Both the position numbers and the translations under genes were made by a program. 64,000 nucleotides of DNA from Octopus vulgaris. Taxonomy: Eukaryota. Below, piece by piece: positions 52,744-61,820 of the stretch (the stretch's first letter is position 1; every line of letters starts with the position of its first letter). The stretch is taken from the NCBI GenBank assembly GCA_951406725.2, contig OX597827.1:23808001-23872000 (forward strand), written 5' to 3'. The notes beneath the pieces were generated by a model. The model did no database searches. It had not been told where the DNA came from and saw only the letters and a list, made by a program, of their open reading frames with translations.

Positions 52744-55700
52744 GCATGGAGAACGGACGTTAAACGATGATGATATATATATATATATGTGTGTGTGTAT
52801 ACATACATTGGGATGTAAGACATGCTTATCATTTACAACTCTATCTTAATATGATGCAGCCTTTATCTTCATATGCATCCACTTTCCATAACCGGCTGAA
52901 GTTAGATGGATCATCAAAGTTTGAGAAGTTGCTGCGCTTCAAGCGTTTATGTTACTTACTTGCTCAATATTACATCATTTTATATGTTAAGACAGTTTAG
53001 TTCAGTGCTGTCTTTGGCTGCGTACACTGTAGATAGTCATACGGTGCTATTCTCTTTGTATCAAGAATTTGAGATTCAGAACACTGATGAAGCAGTAATA
53101 AGCAATGGAACCAAGTCAGGCTGATTTTATTTTTGGTCTTTATCAGAGACAGAACCACCTTTTATTGGACTATAATATCTATTTCTCATGGCTAAAAACG
53201 GAAGCTTGTAAGTTTACTTTACGTCTCTAATTAGCATGACCTCATGTAGCGTTTCAGTTACTACATGTTATGCATATAAAGCCTTAACATGGTGGTGATC
53301 CATCAACAAAAATTGCATTTGTTGGTAGTGTAGAGATTTTTAATTTTGCTTGGTACTGGAAGAAGAGTTTTCAGTGTGGCCGCTCTGAAACTCTTAGCCG
53401 CAAGGTAAATGTCATTTAGAAATGTTATCCCCCTGGTGTGCCACTCCTACTGGTGTGCCATTACCCCTGGTGTGCCACTACCCCTTGTGTGCCACTACCC
53501 CTGATGTACCACTCCCCCGGTGTGCCACTCTCCCTGGTATGCTGCTCCCCCTGGAGAAGAGAATTGACTTGCAAGAGTCCTGTGCTGGTACCACATAGAA
53601 AAGCACTTGTGCCAGTGCCACATGAGAGTGCTCAGTGGTGCCATGTAAAATGGTTGGTGTTGGGAAGGGCATCCACCCCTAGAAACCATACTACAACAGA
53701 CAAGAGCCTGGTGTAGTTCGGGTTGCCAGCTCTGGTCAAACCATCCCACCCATGCCAGCATAGATAATGGATGTTAAATGATGATGACAATACTTTACCT
53801 TTCCTATCTTGTAAGTTACTAGGCAACCCCAGTAGAGCAGTGGCATGGAAAATTGCCCCCTTTACACTTTATAAAGGGGTTGCTGTTATGAAGGACATGC
53901 AGCCATAGAAGCGATGCCAAAACAGACATTGGAGCACCATGCAGCTATGTGGATCACAGGGTCCAGTCAAACCAACCAACCATTATGATGATGATGTGTA
54001 TATATCACTCCCATCGATACCTGATTAGACATAATATTTACATACACGCAATGCAAGGGACTGTATTCTACTTACCTGTAGTTGTGCCAACATTCACCTG
54101 GGGTGAGTTGAACCAGCTCCAGCCACATGTTCATGTTCAGAGTTTCAGTGGGATTACAAGTTCACATGTGGGCCCCCAGTCACATGCATACATACTTTGG
54201 GATAGTGTTGTCCATAGCAGCTCATCTTGCTGTCGATTGTCGACCGTCACAAGGGATTCCCTGACCATGTCTCTGCCAATTATCAGAGCAGACATGGCCC
54301 GGGTACCATATGAAGTGTGAAGGGATTTGTCTGTGTCTGTGTGGTTTTGCTTATGTGTGTGCAAGTGCCACTAAAGAGACGGTTTTGACCAGCTTTGGTG
54401 ATGGTGGTGATTTTACTGTTTCCATTTTTTTAGGTTCCCATTAATACGCAAACTACCCTCGCCGGTGAAAAAGTCTCTCAAGGGGTCGATACGGCTGATC
54501 TCTTGATCGACAACGTCACTGAGCAGCAGCAACAACAGCAACAGCAGCAAAAAGATGCTACCGACAGCACGATGGCACATGTAGAGATGCCTCACTCTGA
54601 GTACAAAGTATGGAAGGCAAAGGTGGCTATACTCACGAACATTGAGGCGAACTTGCCCAATGTTAAGGAATCCCCACACCAGCTTGAACTCCTGCTACAG
54701 ATCCTTCAGAAAGGAAGGGTAAGTCTCACTCGACATTCCAGCCTTGAGTGTTAGTCTAAATTCTTTTTGAGTCAAATGAGTTTAAACCAGGGGTTCTCAA
54801 CCATTTTAAGCCCTTTGTTGCCAACCTGGCTGAAACCACCTCTGGCTCTGTAGTACAAATGTCTTGTTTTCAAAAGTTTTGAATTAAAATCTTCCACTAA
54901 ACCATAGTCACACTTCATGTTCTTAACACTAGCTGAACGATAACTAAGTTATTTTACTAAAGTTTTTGTTATATTTAAAGTAATTGAAAGAAGCACAGAG
55001 CATCTCAACAGAAATATGGTAACAAAAGGGTTAAAATATATAATGGAGAAACAATTCTTAACCCTTTCGATACCAACCCAGCTGAAACCACCTCTGGCTC
55101 TGTCTTGTTTTCAAAAGCTCTGAATTAAAATCTTCCACCAAACTTTAGTCACAATTCATGTTCCTAACACCAGCTGAAAGATAACTAAGTTATTTTACTA
55201 AATTCTTTTTTATATTTAAAATAACTGAGAGAAACACAGAGCATCTCAACAGAAATACGGTAACGAAAGGGTTAAGGTCCAGGCCAGCTCTAAAACCTGG
55301 ATTTTTTCAATTGGCTGTATGAAAAAAAAATTAAAACGCTAATCACCCCTGGCTCTACTAATCGCTCCACTCCCCACTTTCACTTCTCACTCCACCCACC
55401 CACCTCAACTAATTACTTGACACCATTTCCACGAATCACCCTATTTTTCTTTCCAGGATATTATGTGCAGTGATGAGAATCAAGCTGGAATTTCGAATGA
55501 TCAACTTCTGATTTATGCCAAGCAACTTCAGGTGAGTCAATTAACTCTCTCTCTCTCTCTCTCTCTCTCTTCAATTCATATGATGAATGTAAGCAAATAT
55601 TACAGTCTTCCATGAAAAACATGTCTGGCCTTGGTGAAATATAATCTTATTTGGAAATAGATAAGGCTAGGTGACTGGAAGGACACCCAGCTGTAGAAAA

Positions 55701-55861
55701 CCTGCCTCTACAAATTCCTTCTGACCCATGCAAGCATGGAAAAGTGGACGTCAAAACAAGGATCATACATACATACACACATCTCTGCCTATCTCGTCTA
55801 TCTATAAACACACCTTTCTCCATGTATACATCTCTCTATTTTCCTTTACATTACATCTCTT

Positions 55862-55893
<32 letters not shown>

Positions 55894-58800
55894 CCTCTCT
55901 CTCTCACTCACACACACACACACACACACACTTCTCCATTAGCTTCATTGTTAGCAGTTATTTCGGTAATTACCAGCTGTTGTTCCTACATCTGTTGCCA
56001 GAGAATAGCCTGTGCATGTTTTATATCAAATATACTCATCACTCAGTTATGTAAAACCAGGCAGACAAAAGGCTCAATTGTAAAGGTTTACGTACATGTG
56101 TGCGTGTGTATTTTTCTTGTTTCAGTCATTGGACAGCGGCCATGCTGGGGCACTGCCTTGAAGAACTTTTAGTCAAATGAATCGATGCCTGTACTTATTA
56201 TTGTTTTTGTTTTTTAAACCTGGTATTTATTCTTTCAGTCTCTTTTGCTGAACCACTAACTGGTAGGGACATTAACATACCAATGCCAGTTGTCAAGCTG
56301 TGATGGGACACGGACACACTCTCTCACACGCACAGATATATATATGCTAGTGCCATGTTAAAAGAACCCTGTACACTCTGTAAAGTGCTTGGCGTAAGGA
56401 AGGGCATCCAGCCATAGAAACCAGGCTAAATCAAACAATTGGGGCCTGGTGTAGCTCTTCTGCTTACCAGCCCTAGTCAAACCATCTAACCCATGCCAGC
56501 ATGGACTACAGGCATTTAAGGAGGATGGTCAGGATAGTGGTGGTGGTGATATACATACATACGACAGGCTTCTTTCAGTTTCCGTCTACCAAATCCACTC
56601 ACAAAGCTTTGGTTGGTCTGAGGCTATAGCAGAAGCCACTTGCCCAAAGTGCCATGCAGTGGGACTGAACCTAGAGTCATATGGTTGGGAAGCAAGCTTC
56701 TTATCACACAGCCATGCCATATATATTCATAAATTCATATATTTATTTATTTTTTTTTTTTAATATTTATCCTCAGACTTTATCTCAAGGTTTGAACTCA
56801 ACCACTTCCCCAGACGGAACTGGTAAGTTTCTTGTACTTTATCATTGTGTGTGTGACTATCTGAGTTAGTATTGTTGTTGTTGTTGGACACATCTACCTG
56901 GTCATGTTAACCTCAACAGTTGACCAAACAGCTAGATGTGATCCACACAGTTGTTTTTCTGATTCCATTTAGCCTCCATCTCCAATCTCATGTCTCTACC
57001 TATGTCTGTCCAGCTTTATATAAATAATGAAATTCTTCTCTGGTCCCCTTTTTACCCTTTATCTGTTTAATCTTCTGTCTTTTTCTACTACACTGCACCT
57101 AGTATTTTTATAGAGATGTGGCCCTTGTTTAATGCAACGCCCCCACACCCTTTTTTTTTGCCCCATGAATAGTGTACAAAATACTGTATTGTGTATTTGA
57201 GAGAGACATAGCTGCTATGTCTAGCAGGTCTTCAAGTGACTGCATAGAACCATGGCTCTTAACCTGTTGAATATCTGAGCCAAATCCCAAATCTGGGTTT
57301 TTTTCAGTGGGTTGCACCAAATAAAGTAAAACACAAGTCAACTTAAAGAAAAATTTATTATATTTATAGAGAGAAGACCATCGAGGGGCCATTGGAAGGA
57401 TGCTTGAGGGTCACATGTGGCCCTGGGAGTCACGGTTGAGAACTGCTGACATAGCAGTTTACATAATTAGTTTGATTCAGCAAATATTTATCAAAAGTAG
57501 TTTAAACCTGACAGACATTAAAATCAATTCTGTTCAACCTTTCCATTGTAAACAAATAAGATCTGAGTTGTAGGTTAAATTACATCCTACATCAGTGGCC
57601 TGTGGAGCCCTGGTGGTCTGCAAAGGCAGTACTGAGGGTCCATGAACATGCTAAGCTAACAAACCTTTCAATATCCTGGGGTCCGTGGGAAAACTCATTT
57701 AAATGAAAAGGGTCCTTGGTAGTGAAAAGGTTGGGAGCTACTGTCCGACATCATTCTGGGCTACGATATCTCTGTGGGTTAATGGGGGTAATCATTGGGT
57801 TATTGTATTTACAATGGTGAGAGTGACAAGGGAGTGTCTGTACAAATGAGATGGCTTAAAAACCACAAGGTATTTTTTCTTCATTGCACCAATTCATTAG
57901 CAATATTTCACCAATATCTGCATTTTTTATTGATAACACATAATTATAATAATAATAATAATCCTTTCTCCTACAGGCACAAGGCCTGAAATTTTGCGGG
58001 AGGGAATAAGTTGATTACATCAATCCCTAGTACTCAACTGGTACTTATTTAATCGACCCCAAAAGGATGAAAGACAAAAAGTCAACCTCAGTGGAATTTG
58101 AACTCAGAATGTACCAGCAGACAAAATACTGCTAAGCATTTCACCCAGTGTGCTAACGAGTCTGTCACCTCACCGCCTTAATAATAATAAGTTCTTTATT
58201 TAGCACTAAGGGTTCACAAACAACATTGGAGATGGTACAAGACAATACAGTGGGTGGGTTACATAACTAGAAGCTTGTAAAGGATAATGCTGGAGAATGT
58301 TTTCTTGGTTTCCATTTATGGAATTAATGCCAATTAGCATGAGATGTCCACATTGTATATGGACAACACTGGGAAGGAATCAAGAATGGTATGATCTATG
58401 TAGAAGTGAATGTTGTTGGTGGTGGTGATGGTATTGGTGGCAGCAGTGGGTGGGTTGTTTACGTATTAGAGAAAGAGTGGCAAGGGAGAAAATAACCTTG
58501 GGGTACACCTGAGTATGAGTCAACATACCACAATGGTATGATCTTGGATAGGAAGTAACCTGTCCAAAAAATGTGAAATGGATGAGGGCTGCAGCTGGGC
58601 AGTTTTGCCAGGAGACATTAATGGCTACAACAGCATTTAGCAGTAATACCTGTGAATGAACAGGACTCTGATCCAGAGAAAAATGCTATTTTTCTTCATT
58701 AAATACCACACTACAGCTTTTCAGCAAAGGACATATTGCATTTTGAACTTTGAATATCAGAAAAATTTGCCATGAAGGTCTTTGGTTTTTGCTTCCGCTG

Positions 58801-61784
58801 CTTAACTTCCACTGCAAGTTCAGTCATACTCGTGACTTGACTTACAATCAAAAGCATTCCAGCTGTGACTGTGTCTTATCTTTCCTTTCAGACACCATAG
58901 TTTACCTAGGACTGCATTATCTTATGCATCTTTCCTATTCCTTTAAATGGTGTGTATGATATGAGAGAGATTTGGTTGCTATTTCTAGGACAAACACCTA
59001 CACTGCAGCTTCCTCGTTATTGCCATTAGAAGTAAATAATCTTATCAGGAACACTGAAACACAACGGCCTTCAAATAATATGTCATAAATATTAAGCGTT
59101 TGTCCTTGACCACATCAGTCAACCCTCACTTTGTCAAATTGGACAATATGTTAGTAATTCATTCAATTGTTGATGCTATTACCTGTCGTTTGGAATGATT
59201 CTCTGATTTTCTTCATGTTCCTCTCCTCTTTCAGGTACTGATGCTGGCAAAGAAGTTTCTCAGGTGAAAACGGAGCAATTAGGTGCAGGCAAGGAGGCGA
59301 AGGGGTTGGTAAGTCATTAATCTTTAGTACCTTTCAATAATAATAATAATAATGATAATCATTATCGTCATCATTGTTTAACGTCTGCTTTCCATGCTGG
59401 CATGGGTTGGACGGTTCAACTGGGGCCTGGGAAGCCAGGGGACTGCACCAGGCCCCAGTCTGATCTGGCAGTGTTTCTACAACTGGATGCCCTTCCTAAT
59501 GCCAACCACTCCGTGAGTGTAGTGGGTGCTTTTTACATGCCACCAGCACAGGAGCCAGAGGAAGCTGGAAACGACCACAATTGGTTGGTATTTTTTATGT
59601 GCCACTGGCACAGAAGCCAGTCAAGGCGGCACTGTAAATGTAAAAACAGATGTGGAAATAGAATCTTTTGGATTAATTCTTGTTGCAAACATTGAATCAA
59701 AATGTGAGACATTGCTATGCTGGACATAACGAGAAGTCACCTGTTCAGTTACAAGTGTATGATTTGAACGATGCAAGAAAGTTTTAGAGACTGAGAAAAT
59801 AAATTTTTTTTTAATTCTAAAAGAAATAACTATAGGCGCAAGAGTGGCTGTGTGGTAGGTAGTTTGCTTACCAACCATGTGGGTCCAGGTTCAGTCCCAC
59901 TGCATGGCACCTTGGGCAAGTGTCTTCTACTATAGCCTCGGGCTAACCAAAGCCTTGTGAGTGGATTTGGTAGACAGAAACTGAAAGAAGTCCGTCGTAT
60001 ATATGTGTGTGTATGTGTTTGAGTTTGTTCCCCCAACATCACTTGACAATCGATGCTGGTGTGTTTACATCCCCATAACTTAGCAGTTTGGCAAAAGAGA
60101 CCGATAGGCTTACAAAGAACAAGTCCTGGGATCGATTTACTCGATTAAAGGCGATGCTCCAGCATGGCCGCAGTCAAATGACTGAAACAAATAAAAGAAT
60201 AAAGAATATATTTTAACCCTTCCGTTACTATATTTATTTTGAGATGCTCTGTGTTTCTTTCAATTACTTTAAATATAACAAAGAATTTAGTAAAATAACT
60301 TAGTTATCATCATGTTAGGTTTTTGGTGGAAGATTTGGTGGAAGAGCCAGAAGCACTTTCAGCCAGGTAGATATCAAATGGGTTAATGTAATTCCCATGT
60401 GCAGTTTAGTGTGGTGTCCTGCCAAATAGTAGATACCTAATTGTAACACTATGAGAAAACTTTTTGCTTTTCAATCCGAAGTTAATTTTTATAACCTTTT
60501 ACAGTTTGTACATCCATGTTTGGTATGTGTGAATAAAAGAATATTCTAGTTGTTCACCCAAATGGAACTTCCTATTCTATGGATTCTAATGAATTTGTGC
60601 AGGTTGTTCAGCAGAAATAGAACTCTAATAACAGGAGATTCCATCATATCTCTCTCTCTCAGATATATATATATATATATGTATACTAGCAACTAAACCC
60701 AGTTTCACTCAGTCTGTTTTGATGATGTGGCTGTGATCGTTTTTGGTTAGGCATAATCCATAACAGCATTTCTCAACCTTATCATTTCGGTAATCGTATA
60801 AAATTTTTACGATAGTTGATTTATGGAAAAGATTGTGTTAAATTTTTGAAATGCAAATATGTGAATGAAAATTAAGTTCAGGCCACTACATGGTAGCTAG
60901 ACCTGGTAGAAATAGCAGCCAAATCTCCCTCAAAACACCCTACTGTCTTAATCCGACAATTCTACCTGTAATGTCGTTTGAACGAGAAACTGTAACTAAA
61001 GATAAAGATTATTAACCCCAGAAAGAGGTGAAAGTAGGATAGCAAACCCCTACCAACTCCCAGCAAGGTGATATTTGAAATTGGAACATATAGACACACG
61101 GCTAAATACTGCCAGGCAGCATTTTGTCTTCCATTTTAACTGTTTCTGCCAATCCAACACCCTCAGAGATTTAATTTTACTTATGTCTTATAAAATCCTC
61201 TGAGTATCTACTCTCCATCGACTTGTATCTGGCGCAATGCAACAACACTGGGCCTTCTGTTTATGGATATACTCCATCCCATGCAGTGCCATGCAATTTC
61301 TGACTACCAAATGCCACTCCCAAGTCAGCACTTAGGTAAAAAATTTTTTTTAAATCTTGACCAAAGTACTGCAGTCAAATCGCATCTGGAACCATGTCAT
61401 AGGGAACCATGTCATAGGGAACCAAAATCGTTAACGATTCGGTCCCTTTCCCCACCTACCCCCTCCACACACACACATGGTTTGATATTACAAACAAAAG
61501 AGGAAGTTATGAGTACATGCACTAGTGTAGTTAGAGGGGGGCAGTAGAAGTGGTTCCCCCCCTTGGGCGGAATTTTTAAAGGGGTGACACATTTGGGTCT
61601 GTTGTAGGCAATATATGTTTTTTTTGTGTGGTCTGGGGTGGGGGCAGCAGACAGAAGGGCCACCCCAGGCAGCACGTACTCTAGCTACGCTAGTGAGTAT
61701 ATATGTTGTGTCTAGTTGATGAATTGTGAAAGCCAAGGCCAGGTATATCTGAAAAGGTATACATCTAAATTCAAGCTGGATAAA

Positions 61785-61820
<36 letters not shown>

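Noticed and set aside
53080-53125. CTGATGA...GGAAC..GTC hammerhead-like string
   Set aside because: The GAAA core is mutated and helices I and II do not pair convincingly.
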